A stretch of DNA of 36,921 bases from the NCBI GenBank assembly GCA_013698055.1, contig JACCVS010000755.1, positions 1 to 36,921 of the forward strand. The letters run 5' to 3'. The stretch comes from Acidobacteriota bacterium (GTDB taxonomy: Bacteria; Acidobacteriota; Blastocatellia; Pyrinomonadales; Pyrinomonadaceae). Positions 1 to 9,844 of the stretch are shown here, piece after piece (the first letter of the stretch is position 1; every line of letters starts with the position of its first letter). The translations under genes were made by a program, and so were the position numbers. The notes below the pieces were generated by a model. That model ran no database searches and was not told the DNA's origin. It saw only the letters and a list, made by a program, of their open reading frames with translations.

Positions 1-662
1 GTTCCAAAGGTGTGCGCCGTAAGAATGTGCGGCTGGTCGGGGGCCAGCCGCTGATCGCCTACACAATACAGGCTGCACAGAAAAGCCGCTCGATCACCCG
101 TTTTATAACTTCGACGGATGATGAAGAGATAGCCGCAGTCGCCGAAAGCCTGGGTTGCCCCGTTTTGAAGCGCTCCGTAGAACTAGCCGCCGATGACACT
201 CCGATGGTTCCTGTTGTCAAGCACGCTTTGGCTCAAGATTCCGGCTCCTATGACTACGTGCTTCTTTTGCAACCGACGGCTCCCTTTAGAACGCATGACG
301 ATATAGACGATGCCTTAAGCGAGCTGGTCAAGGCCGGGTCTGACTCCGTGGTCAGCGTCTACCAGGTGACTGACAATCATCCGGCGCGAATGTATCGGTG
401 CGCTGAGGGGAGACTGGTTCCATACGAGGCTGAGCCGCCGGCGCGCCTGCGCCAGGGCTTGCCACCGGTTTATCATCGCAACGGGGCCATTTATGCTTGC
501 CGGCGGGAACTGATTGACCAACACGATAGCCTGACCGGGTCAGACATCGTGCCCTACATAATGCCGCGTGAGCGCTCATTTAATATTGACGACGAAATGG
601 ACCTGGCTTTTGTTGATTACCTATTGAGCCAGCAACGTAAGACATGGCAGACAAGGCAGTAA
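1..662 (+). CDS. N-acylneuraminate/nonulosonate cytidylyltransferase family (CMP-sugar synthetase), 5-prime partial
   Basis: The frame is open to the window edge. Codons at nt 3-11 read SKG directly before VRRKN, giving the GSKG-x-x-KN signature of NeuA/PseF/LegF-type (CTP_transf_3) enzymes. LLLQPTAPFR, HRNGAIY and FNIDDEMD motifs are also present. The N-terminus lies outside the window. Confidence 0.85.
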   Translation, partial: SKGVRRKNVRLVGGQPLIAYTIQAAQKSRSITRFITSTDDEEIAAVAESLGCPVLKRSVELAADDTPMVPVVKHALAQDSGSYDYVLLLQPTAPFRTHDDIDDALSELVKAGSDSVVSVYQVTDNHPARMYRCAEGRLVPYEAEPPARLRQGLPPVYHRNGAIYACRRELIDQHDSLTGSDIVPYIMPRERSFNIDDEMDLAFVDYLLSQQRKTWQTRQ

Positions 663-1612
663 TCCGCATCCTGAATGCTGAGCCTTTCGGCTACAGCAAC
701 GAGGCGCGGCGCGTTTTGCAATCAGTAGGTGAATTGCACGAGAGCGCGTTAACGCGGGAAGGTTTAGTTGCGGCGCTCGACGGTTTTGAAGCTCTGATCG
801 TCCGCCTCGGATTTCGGATAGACCGCCGGACTATTGATGCCGGATGCCGCCTGCGAGCTATCGTCACCGCCACCACAGGGCTGGATCACATTGATGTCAG
901 GTATGCTGAAGAGAAGGGCGTCAGGGTTCTGAGCTTGAAAGGGGAGATAGAGTTTCTGCGCTCGATTCCTGCCACTGCCGAGCACACGTGGGCATTATTG
1001 CTGGCGCTGACCCGTCGCATTCCACAGGCTTTCGCATCGGTGTGCCGGGGAGAGTGGGAACGCGATGCGTTTCGCGGACACGACCTGTGCGGCAAGCGAT
1101 TGGGCATAGTCGGGTTGGGTCGCATTGGTGAACGGGTGGCGCGCTATGCTATGGCTTTCGGCATGTCTGTTAAAGCATGTGACCCATATCGCCGCGAGTG
1201 GGTTCCCGGCGTTGGCCGCGCAGACAGTTTGCATGATTTACTCAAGGACGTTGATGTCTTATCGTTACACGTTCCCTTAAACGATGAGACCCGGCATCTC
1301 CTGGGGGCGCGAGAACTAGAGATGCTTCCCCCAACTTCCGTGGTAGTTAATACATCTCGCGGAGCCGTTACTGATGAAGAGGCTCTGCTATCAGCTCTCG
1401 GGAAGAAACAGATAGCCGGGGCCGCACTGGATGTTATTGAGGATGAGAATAGCTTGCGGGATTTTGCCGATAGCCCGTTGGTTAGCTATGCTCGGTGTCA
1501 CGACAACCTTCTGATTACGCCGCATCTGGGTGGAGCGACTGCTGAATCCATGAGTATGACAGAGGTTTTTATGGCCCATAAACTGAAATCATTTTTAGAA
1601 AGTTGTAGTTGA
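644..1612 (+). CDS. D-isomer-specific 2-hydroxyacid dehydrogenase (NAD-binding, SerA/GhrB-like)
   Basis: Carries the GIVGLGRIGERVARYA Rossmann GxGxxG motif, plus LSLHVPL, NTSRG and ITPHLGGAT motifs typical of the family. The ATG at 644 overlaps the upstream stop by 19 nt. Confidence 0.85.
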   Translation: MADKAVIRILNAEPFGYSNEARRVLQSVGELHESALTREGLVAALDGFEALIVRLGFRIDRRTIDAGCRLRAIVTATTGLDHIDVRYAEEKGVRVLSLKGEIEFLRSIPATAEHTWALLLALTRRIPQAFASVCRGEWERDAFRGHDLCGKRLGIVGLGRIGERVARYAMAFGMSVKACDPYRREWVPGVGRADSLHDLLKDVDVLSLHVPLNDETRHLLGARELEMLPPTSVVVNTSRGAVTDEEALLSALGKKQIAGAALDVIEDENSLRDFADSPLVSYARCHDNLLITPHLGGATAESMSMTEVFMAHKLKSFLESCS

Positions 1613-1649
1613 GGGCGGCTGAACGCAAAAGCTGAGTGACGGCACTTTA

Positions 1650-1673
1650 ATAAGCCGGGAATTCCGGGCTTAT
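1650..1673 (+). terminator. Imperfect 24-nt palindrome/hairpin (ATAAGCCGGGAATTCCGGGCTTAT) downstream of the dehydrogenase gene
   Basis: Seen directly in the sequence: a stem of about 9 bp with one bulge around a GAATT loop, 38 nt after the stop at 1612. No U-tract follows, so terminator function is doubtful. Confidence 0.25.
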
Positions 1674-1694
1674 GTTGGAAGGTAATAAGGATTG

Positions 1695-3419
1695 ATGAAA
1701 AATTTGCCTAAACTCTGGGCATTGAAGCGCGCGGTGCGCCAGTTTTATCCGGTCAAAGTCCCGCAGCCCAAGTGGGAAGAACTGTTAGGAGAAGACTTCA
1801 ATTCCTGGAAATCTCTGGCTTCGCGAGAGACGCAGACCGGTCAACGCATCCTGCTGGTGTCAACGGTCGGCGCGCCTACCGTCACTACCGTGGACAGCCT
1901 GCTGGCTGTGGCGTTGACGCTGCGCGGGGCCGAGGTGGATATCTTAATCTGCGACGGCGCGCTGCCAGCCTGTCAAGCGAGCTGGCTGGACCGGCTACAG
2001 AGTGAGAAGGAATTTGTGAAACATGGTCCGCAAAGGGACTTATGCCCTTCGTGCTTCTCTTCGGGTTATGACATGTACCGTTCGCTCGGGATCAAGGTTC
2101 ATCGCTATAGTCAATTCTTATCAGAAGATGATTACCGCAGGGCCGAGAGCCTTGCCGCCTCTATTCCACTGGATGAGATTCCGCAGCACACTGTTGACGG
2201 CATTCCCGTCGGCGAACATGCATTAGCGGGAGCCATACGCTTTTACGCGCGCGGCGGGCTGGAGCGTGAGGAATATGGAGAAGCAGTTCTGCGGAGATAT
2301 ATGGCTGCCTCTTTGCTCACGATGTATGCCTCGAACAGGCTGTTCAATGAGCTTGACTACTCATGCGTCAGCGCCAATCACGGAATTTATGTTCCCCAGG
2401 GAGTTATCTGCGCCGTCGCAAAGCAGAAGGGCGCGCGGATAGTGAACTGGGCAATCGGGTACCGTAAGAATTCCTTCATCTTTAGCCATGACGACACTTA
2501 TCACCACACTCTGATGACAGAGCCGGTGTCTAACTGGATCAACATGAACTGGGATGAAGAGATGGAGTCCGACCTTCTCAAATATCTGAAGAGCAGGTGG
2601 AGTGGAGCTAACGACTGGATTTCATATAGCAAGAATGCTGAGGCTGATCGGAACGCAATCAGTAAAGAGGTCGGAGTAGATTTCTCGAAACCTTGCATTG
2701 GCCTTCTGACTAATGTTGTCTGGGACGCTCAACTGCACTATCCCCAGAATGCGTTTCCAAACATGCTGGACTGGCTGATGGTAACAATCCGTTACTTCGC
2801 TGAGCGGCCCGACCTACAGTTGGTAATTCGCGTGCATCCTGCCGAGGTGCAGGCTCAAATTCAGTCTCGTCAGCCAGTCGTCGAAGAGATCAAGCGCGCA
2901 TTCCCAGACCTCCCCGGAAATATATTTATTATTCCTCCCGAAAGCGCTGTCAGCACATACGCGGTCATGATGCAGTGCGATTCCGTACTGATTTATGGGA
3001 CGAAGGCGGGGGTGGAATTGACCAGTTTTGGTGTGCCTGTGATAGTGGCGGGAGAAGCCTGGATACGCAACAAGGGAATCACCGCGGATGCCACTTCCAG
3101 CGAACACTACATGGAGCTTTTGGAGAAGCTTCCTCTGGGAGAACGATTGAGCGAAGAGATTGTCAGGCGCGCTCGCAAATACGCCTACCACTTCTTCTTT
3201 CGACGGACGATGCCACTTAAAGTGATTCAACCGGTGAACGCTGAAACCTGGTGGGCACCCTATGAAGTACAGATCAGCGGGCTGAATGACTTACTCCCCG
3301 GCAACGATCCCGGCCTGGACGCTATTTGTGACGGGATTTTACATGGCCGGGAATTCATCTATCCGGCAGAACGACTTGGTAAACCAAGCGACGAACTGGC
3401 TACGGCGGGAGTTGCGTAG
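1695..3419 (+). CDS. Capsule-biosynthesis (KpsS/KpsC, Capsule_synth-like) putative CMP-sugar-dependent glycosyltransferase
   Basis: Three motifs appear in the same order as I recall for E. coli KpsS: CIGLLTNVVWDAQL (compare LAVLQVYNDSQI), LVIRVHPAE (compare LVIKHHPMD) and SVLIYGTKAGVELTSFGVPVIVAGEAW (compare VVTINSTAGISALIHNKPLKVMGNALY). There is an N-terminal four-Cys cluster (CDGALPAC ... CPSC). A TTG at 1692 or the ATG at 1695 could be the start. This is a by-eye similarity only. Confidence 0.45.
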   Translation: MKNLPKLWALKRAVRQFYPVKVPQPKWEELLGEDFNSWKSLASRETQTGQRILLVSTVGAPTVTTVDSLLAVALTLRGAEVDILICDGALPACQASWLDRLQSEKEFVKHGPQRDLCPSCFSSGYDMYRSLGIKVHRYSQFLSEDDYRRAESLAASIPLDEIPQHTVDGIPVGEHALAGAIRFYARGGLEREEYGEAVLRRYMAASLLTMYASNRLFNELDYSCVSANHGIYVPQGVICAVAKQKGARIVNWAIGYRKNSFIFSHDDTYHHTLMTEPVSNWINMNWDEEMESDLLKYLKSRWSGANDWISYSKNAEADRNAISKEVGVDFSKPCIGLLTNVVWDAQLHYPQNAFPNMLDWLMVTIRYFAERPDLQLVIRVHPAEVQAQIQSRQPVVEEIKRAFPDLPGNIFIIPPESAVSTYAVMMQCDSVLIYGTKAGVELTSFGVPVIVAGEAWIRNKGITADATSSEHYMELLEKLPLGERLSEEIVRRARKYAYHFFFRRTMPLKVIQPVNAETWWAPYEVQISGLNDLLPGNDPGLDAICDGILHGREFIYPAERLGKPSDELATAGVA

Positions 3420-3490
3420 CGGCGCAGTAAATAATTGTTCGCAGTAATTTTTATCCAAAACGTTTTGCCTGGTAAGGGTGAAGACTCGGT

Positions 3491-4378
3491 ATGACTTGCC
3501 CCCTCTGTGATAGTGAGCGCGCGCGTGCCTCCTGGCTAGGCTCTGTCTTTTATCGTGGCAAGGAGTTTCCCTATGTTCAGTGCTTAGCCTGCAACTCTCT
3601 TTATTGTAACCCGATGCCTGATAAGGAGACATTGGCTCAGATGTACGGCCCTGAATATTACGATGGAAGCTATGACACAGATCTTTCTGCTGAGGGAACT
3701 AAAGACCCGTTGGAGGTTGTCAAGTGGCTTAAGAAATCGGGAGGAGGCACGTTTATTGACTATGGCTGCGGCACCGGGGCATTGCTCACGGAAGCCGTAA
3801 AGCTGAACTGGGAAGCCATCGGGGTGGAGTTCGATGAGGAGGTGGCGAAAACGGTCGAGGCGCACACAGGCGCTAAGGTGGTGAATAGTTCTATCGAGTT
3901 AGGCGGCGAACCAAGCGCCGACATCCTTCATTTAGGAGACGTGATCGAACACCTGACAGAAACGAATCAACAAATGCCTGAAATACTGAGATTGATCAAG
4001 CCCGGCGGGTTGCTGCTGGCTCAGGGACCTCTTGAGGCCAACACCAACTTATTCGCTTTCGTCTTACGCGTGGCCCGGTCACTGAAGCGCTCGCGGCGAA
4101 CAGAGATGGCACCTTATCATGTCATGCTCGCGACTGCGGAAGGACAGAGGAAGCTGTTTGAGCGGTTAGGGCTGAAGGAGTTGGAATTTACCATCCATGA
4201 AGTAGCATGGCCTGCCCCGAGTCGGCTCTCACGCTCCGAACTGAGACGGCCCCGCCTGACCGGACTATTCGTTCTTCGGCGCTTGTCTCAAATGAGTTCT
4301 GCGTTCAGACCTTCCCGGTGGGGTAATCGCTATTTCTACGTGGGTCGCCGCGATAGTCAAGCTGCGCGTCAACAGTAG
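3491..4378 (+). CDS. Class I SAM-dependent methyltransferase with N-terminal zinc ribbon
   Basis: Has CPLCDS ... CLACNS (two CxxC pairs), the SAM motif I FIDYGCGTGALL, and LGDVIEHL / LIKPGGLLL post-motifs. Confidence 0.8.
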   Translation: MTCPLCDSERARASWLGSVFYRGKEFPYVQCLACNSLYCNPMPDKETLAQMYGPEYYDGSYDTDLSAEGTKDPLEVVKWLKKSGGGTFIDYGCGTGALLTEAVKLNWEAIGVEFDEEVAKTVEAHTGAKVVNSSIELGGEPSADILHLGDVIEHLTETNQQMPEILRLIKPGGLLLAQGPLEANTNLFAFVLRVARSLKRSRRTEMAPYHVMLATAEGQRKLFERLGLKELEFTIHEVAWPAPSRLSRSELRRPRLTGLFVLRRLSQMSSAFRPSRWGNRYFYVGRRDSQAARQQ

Positions 4379-4554
4379 TAACGCCATCTCATCACCTGTT
4401 TGAGTTCAATTCAACGCATAAACAAGTAGACTAAGACTAATCGTGAGACCCTCCCAATGTTGATTCTCCGGCGAGGCAGCGGAGATTGCCTGACTAGTGA
4501 ACAGACGCCCCACATTCGATTGCCGTTCGACATCGAATTAAGGCCTAATTATCC

Positions 4555-5682
4555 ATGAAGCGCCGACTTAAGGTTCTACATTTTATTAGCTTTGCCGGGC
4601 GAAGCCCTTTCTTCTGCGCCGTTGCGGAGCACGCCAACCGCGACGACTTCGAGATCATCGTCGCCAGCCTCTCGCCAACGGGGCCGCTGCTGGATGACAT
4701 GAAAGAGCGCGGGATTCAAACCTTCGCGCTCGACTGCACGCGACGAGCGCAATACCCCCGAGCGGTATTTCGTCTCGCCGCCTGGCTGAGGCGCGAACGG
4801 ATTGACGTTATTCAAACACACCTTTTTGATGCAAGCCTCGTGGGGTTAATGGCCGCGCGGCTGGCTCGAACGCCCTTATCTATTTTTACGGGGCATCACT
4901 CGCACGAAATTCCTTTGTACCGAAGACGAGCCTTACTTTGGGCGGACTGCCTGTCCAGCCGCTGGCTATCGCACCACGTGATCGCGCATTCCGTGGATAT
5001 GAAGGAAATATTCGTCCAGTACGAAGGTGTTCCGCCGGAAAAAATAGCGGTCATTCCCCTCGGGTTTGAACTCGACCGATGGAATCCTTCGACAGCCGGA
5101 CGGGAGCGAGTCAGAACGGAATTGAGTCTCGGGGGAAAAGTCGTCTTCGGCGCTGTTGGCAGGATGTACTGGATCAAAGATTACCCCACTCTCTTTAAAG
5201 CTTTCGCTCCGATTGCCGCAAAGATGCGGGAGACGATGCTACTGGTAGTCGGCGATGGGCAGGATCGGGAACAACTCGAGCGTCTCGCCAGAGAACTCTC
5301 ATTAGAAGAGAGAATAATCTTCACTGGTCAGCGGAGTGATATCGTAGATGTTTTATCCGCCGTGGATGTTTTCGTTCACCCATCGCTGGCAGAATCTTTC
5401 GGGCAAGTCATCGTCGAGGCGCTTGCGCTTGGCAAACCAGTGGTAAGCACGGATGTGGGAGTGTCGCGAGAAATTATCGAGAACGGCGTTAATGGATTTC
5501 TGGTCCCGACCGGTAATTCTGCGGCACTGCAAGAGGCAATGGAAAAAATCTTGCGCCTTCGAGACGGGTGGGAGGAGATGGGGAGGAACGGTCAAAAGCG
5601 CGTTCAGGGATTCGCCGTAGAGAAAATCGAGCCTGCTTTTGAAGCCCAGTACGTTGCATGGTTGAAGGAAAGGAGAAGTTGA
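4555..5682 (+). CDS. Glycosyltransferase family 4 (GT-B fold)
   Basis: C-terminal ESFGQVIVEALALGKPVVSTDVG ... NGFLV (EX7E-type signature). Size is typical at 375 aa. Confidence 0.9.
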   Translation: MKRRLKVLHFISFAGRSPFFCAVAEHANRDDFEIIVASLSPTGPLLDDMKERGIQTFALDCTRRAQYPRAVFRLAAWLRRERIDVIQTHLFDASLVGLMAARLARTPLSIFTGHHSHEIPLYRRRALLWADCLSSRWLSHHVIAHSVDMKEIFVQYEGVPPEKIAVIPLGFELDRWNPSTAGRERVRTELSLGGKVVFGAVGRMYWIKDYPTLFKAFAPIAAKMRETMLLVVGDGQDREQLERLARELSLEERIIFTGQRSDIVDVLSAVDVFVHPSLAESFGQVIVEALALGKPVVSTDVGVSREIIENGVNGFLVPTGNSAALQEAMEKILRLRDGWEEMGRNGQKRVQGFAVEKIEPAFEAQYVAWLKERRS

Positions 5683-6501
5683 GTGTCAACAGCGCACCTT
5701 GATAAGCAACAACGCCCTGATGGCCATGAAGAGCGCCATCTAACGGACCCGAGTTCTCCCTGGTGGGGCGTTCATGCCGCGCGTTACCATTTTGCCGCCG
5801 CCTACGTGGACGGCTGCCGGGTTCTTGATGTTGCCTGTGGCTCCGGCTATGGCCTGTCCATTCTCCAAGCGAGAGCCAACATGGTAATAGGAGTTGACAT
5901 TGACTTACAGACTGTCATAAATGTCCGGGCCGGACTTCCACGAGGCTCAAGCGAAGTCATCGTAGCAGATGGGCTTAACCTCCCATTCGAGGATAAAAGT
6001 TTCGATGCAATAATATCTTTTGAAACGGTAGAGCATTTAGAGCAGCGTGCTGGATTCCTGGCTGAACTGCGGCGGCTCCTTGCTCCCAAAGGCACCTGTA
6101 TTATCTCTACTCCGAATGCGAATCATACCCTTCCCGTTAACGGAAAGCCGCAAAATCCCTATCACGTTTACGAATACACGCCGCAAGAGCTACATCTGGA
6201 GCTAAGCAATCATTTTCCAGATGTCACTATGTTAGGGCAGGTGCTGGACAAGCGCTTTGTGATTCCACCTTTTTGGGACGAACAGGAGCGGCTTTCCGGG
6301 CAAGGTCGAATGCGCGCGCACGTTCTTTTCTGGCGTGCGTTGAATAAGCTGCCCTTCGCCTCCGTGCGTGACCGCGTGAGCCGCGCGTTGTGGGGGCAGC
6401 CATTTCTACCGCAAGAGGCTGATTACCACTTCAAAGAGACAGATGTGGAGATGGCACCCGTCCTGGTAGCGCTCTGCCGTCAGGATTCGTCTCCCGCTTG
6501 A
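5683..6501 (+). CDS. Class I SAM-dependent methyltransferase
   Basis: Has VLDVACGSGYG (motif I), FDAIISFETVEHL and LAPKGTCIIS. The GTG start directly abuts the upstream TGA (5680-5682). Confidence 0.8.
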   Translation: MSTAHLDKQQRPDGHEERHLTDPSSPWWGVHAARYHFAAAYVDGCRVLDVACGSGYGLSILQARANMVIGVDIDLQTVINVRAGLPRGSSEVIVADGLNLPFEDKSFDAIISFETVEHLEQRAGFLAELRRLLAPKGTCIISTPNANHTLPVNGKPQNPYHVYEYTPQELHLELSNHFPDVTMLGQVLDKRFVIPPFWDEQERLSGQGRMRAHVLFWRALNKLPFASVRDRVSRALWGQPFLPQEADYHFKETDVEMAPVLVALCRQDSSPA

Positions 6502-6510
6502 TGCTATGTT

Positions 6511-7455
6511 ATGGTTAAACCGCTCGTAAGCGTCATTATCCCGAACTACAATTACGCTCGCTATTTGTCTCAAACGATCAATAGCGTTCTCGCGCAATTA
6601 TATCCCAACATTGAAATCATTGTGATTGATGATGGCTCAACCGATGGCTCTCAGGCGGTGCTGCGCGAGTACGGCGAGCGTATACGGTGGTTCCAGCAGG
6701 GGAACGAAGGGGTCTCGATGGCGCGCAATCGCGGCGTTCAGGAGAGTCGCGGTGAGATGGTGGCATTCCTCGATGCCGATGATGTCTGGTTGCCGATGAA
6801 ACTCGAAAGGCAGGTGCAAAGACTTGTTGATGAGCCTGATCTCGGCTTAGTACACTGTGGGTATGAAGAGATTAATGAAACAGGTGATACCCTGCGCTCT
6901 CGCCTCGACGGGTTAGAGGGATGGGTGGCAAAGGAGATGTTGCTCTTCAAACGGTCAGCTATTCTGGCAGCGGGAAGCGGGGCGTTGGTTCCCCGTAGCA
7001 CCTTCGACGCGGTGGGAGGTTTCGACACACGGCTCTCAACGGCAGCCGATTGGGACTTCTGTTACCGGGTAGCCGTCCATCAGAGAGTAGGGTTCGTGCC
7101 GGAAGCGCTTTTCCAATACCGGATGCATAACGTCAACATGCACGCGAATATAGGCGTAATGGAGCATGACATGTTGATCGGATATGACAAGGCTTTCGGA
7201 CGCGCCGCCCCTGAGATTCATCGCCTGCGCCGCCGCAGTTATGGGAATTTACATATGGTACTCGCTGGCTCTTTCTTTAGGGCCGGGAAGCGCCGCGAGT
7301 TTGTCCGGCACGCCGTCAAAAGCCTATGGCTTACACCGGGTAATTTCAAACGCGTCATGGGATTTCCCTTACGCTGGTGGCAAAGGAGTAGACAGTCGAA
7401 AGTAGGATCGCACCCTTCGGCGCAGAGTTCTTCTGATAGCTCTATCGGAAAGTGA
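6511..7455 (+). CDS. Glycosyltransferase family 2
   Basis: Has VSVIIPNYNYARYL, IEIIVIDDGSTDGS and the FLDADD (DxD) motif, all classic GT2 (GT-A) N-terminal signatures. Confidence 0.9.
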   Translation: MVKPLVSVIIPNYNYARYLSQTINSVLAQLYPNIEIIVIDDGSTDGSQAVLREYGERIRWFQQGNEGVSMARNRGVQESRGEMVAFLDADDVWLPMKLERQVQRLVDEPDLGLVHCGYEEINETGDTLRSRLDGLEGWVAKEMLLFKRSAILAAGSGALVPRSTFDAVGGFDTRLSTAADWDFCYRVAVHQRVGFVPEALFQYRMHNVNMHANIGVMEHDMLIGYDKAFGRAAPEIHRLRRRSYGNLHMVLAGSFFRAGKRREFVRHAVKSLWLTPGNFKRVMGFPLRWWQRSRQSKVGSHPSAQSSSDSSIGK

Positions 7456-7459
7456 ATTT

Positions 7460-8680
7460 ATGAAAACTCTGTACATTTGCTATTTCGGGTTGCGAGAACC
7501 GTTGGTGCAAACTCAGGTGCTACCTTATCTGCGCCACCTCAGCAAAGTCGGCATCGGTGTCAGCCTTCTCACCTTTGAGCCGAATAAGAGGGACGCGTGG
7601 TCGGCGCAAGCCGTTAGTGAGTGGGAAGCCCGTCTTCAGACGGATGGAATTCAATGGTTCTCGTTGCCGTATCACAAGCGCCCATCAATACCTGCCACGC
7701 TTTATGACATAATGGCCGGAGCGCGGACAGCGGCACGCTTGATGAGGCAACATGGCATTCACGTCCTACACGCGCGCTCTCACGTGCCGATGGCGATGGC
7801 GCTCATGGCTCGGCGAATGGTGCGATGCCGATTAGTGTTTGATATCCGCGGGCTGATGGCGGAAGAGTATGCCGACGCCGGTATCTGGTCGGAGAATTCC
7901 CTCCCCTTCCGTGTCATGAAGCGGCTGGAGCGAGCGGGCATCCGCAAGTCGGATCAGGTGGTTGTCTTAACTCAAAAAATGCGAAGGTGGTTGATTGAGC
8001 GCGGGCTGGCAGGCGCGAACAAAATTGAAGTGATCCCCTGCTGCGTAGACTTTTCGCGATTTACTGACGAGCATATTGAGGGTAATGGCAAGAGTTCAGG
8101 CCGTTTCGAGATGGTCTATGCAGGATCAGTGACCGGCCTTTATCTCTTTGAAGAGATGGGGAGATTTTTTTTAGCGCTTCGCGCGGCGCAGCCGGATGCA
8201 TTCTTTCGCGTCCTGACTAATTCTTCCGCAGCGGACGCGGCGGACGTACTTCAGCGGGTGGGACTCGATGATAAGGACTTCTGGATCGGGGCCGTCCCCC
8301 CGGAAGAAGTGCCGCGCCACCTTCGACAGGCGCGATTAGGGCTTTCTTTTCGCAAGCCGACATTTTCACAAATTGCTGCGTCTCCAACTAAGATTCCAGA
8401 ATACCTCGCCGCGGGGTTGCCTGTGGTCAGCAACTACGGAATCGGGGATGCGGATGATTTGCTGGAAAAGGAAAAGGTTGGTGTGATAATGAGAGCCTTC
8501 AACGACCAAGAATATGCGCGGGTCGTAAAGGAAGCTCTCTCCCTCCTACGTGACCTGGAAATACAAACGCGCTGTATGGCTGTCGCGCGCGAGCATTTTG
8601 ATTTAGTTAACGTCGGCGGTGAAGGCTATCACCGTGTTTACAATCGAGTTGAAGAAAAGGCAGCCATGACTAATCCCTGA
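7460..8680 (+). CDS. Glycosyltransferase, GT-B fold (GT4-like)
   Basis: Has MKTLYICYFGL at the N-terminus and SPTKIPEYLAAGLPVVSNYGIGD as the C-terminal nucleotide-sugar binding signature. It sits 4 nt after the upstream stop. Confidence 0.75.
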   Translation: MKTLYICYFGLREPLVQTQVLPYLRHLSKVGIGVSLLTFEPNKRDAWSAQAVSEWEARLQTDGIQWFSLPYHKRPSIPATLYDIMAGARTAARLMRQHGIHVLHARSHVPMAMALMARRMVRCRLVFDIRGLMAEEYADAGIWSENSLPFRVMKRLERAGIRKSDQVVVLTQKMRRWLIERGLAGANKIEVIPCCVDFSRFTDEHIEGNGKSSGRFEMVYAGSVTGLYLFEEMGRFFLALRAAQPDAFFRVLTNSSAADAADVLQRVGLDDKDFWIGAVPPEEVPRHLRQARLGLSFRKPTFSQIAASPTKIPEYLAAGLPVVSNYGIGDADDLLEKEKVGVIMRAFNDQEYARVVKEALSLLRDLEIQTRCMAVAREHFDLVNVGGEGYHRVYNRVEEKAAMTNP

Positions 8681-8734
8681 GCCTAAGTTTACCGGCAATC
8701 TCAGTTGCGCTCCGAACAGCGACCGGGCATTTTT

Positions 8735-9637
8735 ATGATAGAAAATAATATTGATTCAGCCGAGCGGCGGTGTCCAGCCTGCGATTCAGCCCGTACAGCG
8801 TATGTCGGGCAGAAGAACGATTTTCGCATGTTGTCATGTCAAAAATGCGGGACGCTGTATACGTCCGGCCTCCCCGCTCCCGAGAGTGCCGAAGACTACG
8901 ATGGTTATTACAACTCGGAGAATCTCTCAGTACCTGACTTTATCAATAAACGGCTGGACGAGATCGTTGCCGGCTTTTCTGCTTATCGGCAGAATGGGCG
9001 ACTATTGGATATAGGATTCGGAGCCGGAACGGTGCTGCAAGCGGCTGCCCGCGCCGGCTGGACAGCCACGGGCATAGAAGTTTCTCAAACGGCAGTCGAG
9101 TACGTCAGAGGTTTGGGATTTACCGTCTTCTGCGGGGAGTTGGCTGAGGCGAAATACCCCGACGGGCACTTTGATGTTATTACCGCGAGCGAAGTTTTAG
9201 AGCACGTTCCCGAGCCGGACGCCTTGCTACGTGAAATGGCGAGGGTCTTACGCCCCGGCGGTCTGTTATGGGCGACCACTCCCAACGGCAAAGGATTATC
9301 CTCGAGACTCCTGGGCTTGAGATGGAGCACGGTCAGCCCGCCAGAACATTTACAGCTATTCTCTCTCAAGGGATTAAAAACAATGCTGGACGCGGCGGGC
9401 TTCCGCCGGGTGCGGATAGTTACACACGGAGTAAATCCGTTCGAGATTCTGCATACGCTAAGGCAACGACGGAGTAATGGCGAAGTCCAGGAATGCTCTG
9501 ACCGTGTCGGGTCGAGCTACCGCCTGAATGAGTTCTTGACCGAAAGCCATTCGCGCAAGGCGTTGAAAGGGATCGCTAATGGACTGCTCAGCGTCGGCCA
9601 TTTTGGTGATTCATTAAAGACCTGGGCTGAGAAATAG
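8735..9637 (+). CDS. Class I SAM-dependent methyltransferase with N-terminal zinc ribbon (paralogous architecture to 3491-4378)
   Basis: Has CPACDS ... CQKCGT, LLDIGFGAGTVL (motif I), FDVITASEVLEHV and LRPGGLLW. The ORF track starts at TTG 8705; ATG 8735 is more plausible. Confidence 0.8.
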   Translation: MIENNIDSAERRCPACDSARTAYVGQKNDFRMLSCQKCGTLYTSGLPAPESAEDYDGYYNSENLSVPDFINKRLDEIVAGFSAYRQNGRLLDIGFGAGTVLQAAARAGWTATGIEVSQTAVEYVRGLGFTVFCGELAEAKYPDGHFDVITASEVLEHVPEPDALLREMARVLRPGGLLWATTPNGKGLSSRLLGLRWSTVSPPEHLQLFSLKGLKTMLDAAGFRRVRIVTHGVNPFEILHTLRQRRSNGEVQECSDRVGSSYRLNEFLTESHSRKALKGIANGLLSVGHFGDSLKTWAEK

Positions 9638-9844
9638 CTAGACAGGCAAAAAGCTGTTATCTTGAAAGCTGTTTTGTAAAGGATCGGCCCGGTGATTCGA
9701 GTCCAATATTTATTCATCTCCGGGAGCAGGGAGGCTATCTTATCAGGTGACTCCCGGAAATACTCTTAATCCGAGAAGTGCTTTTTACCATCTGTTCATG
9801 ACCTCTTCAATAAGACGTGCGTGGCCTCGCCCTAATCATCTAAC

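Noticed and set aside
4465-4538. Two small inverted repeats upstream of the GT4 gene (TCTCCG/CGGAGA at 4465-4485; ATTCGAT/ATCGAAT at 4514-4538)
   Set aside because: Stems of 6-7 bp are expected by chance in a 176-nt gap, and neither is followed by a U-tract or repeated elsewhere in the window. The same applies to AAGGAT/ATCCTT at 16506-16529, to TCCGGGAG/CTCCCGGA at 9719-9758, and to the AAAGCTGTT direct repeat at 9650-9673.
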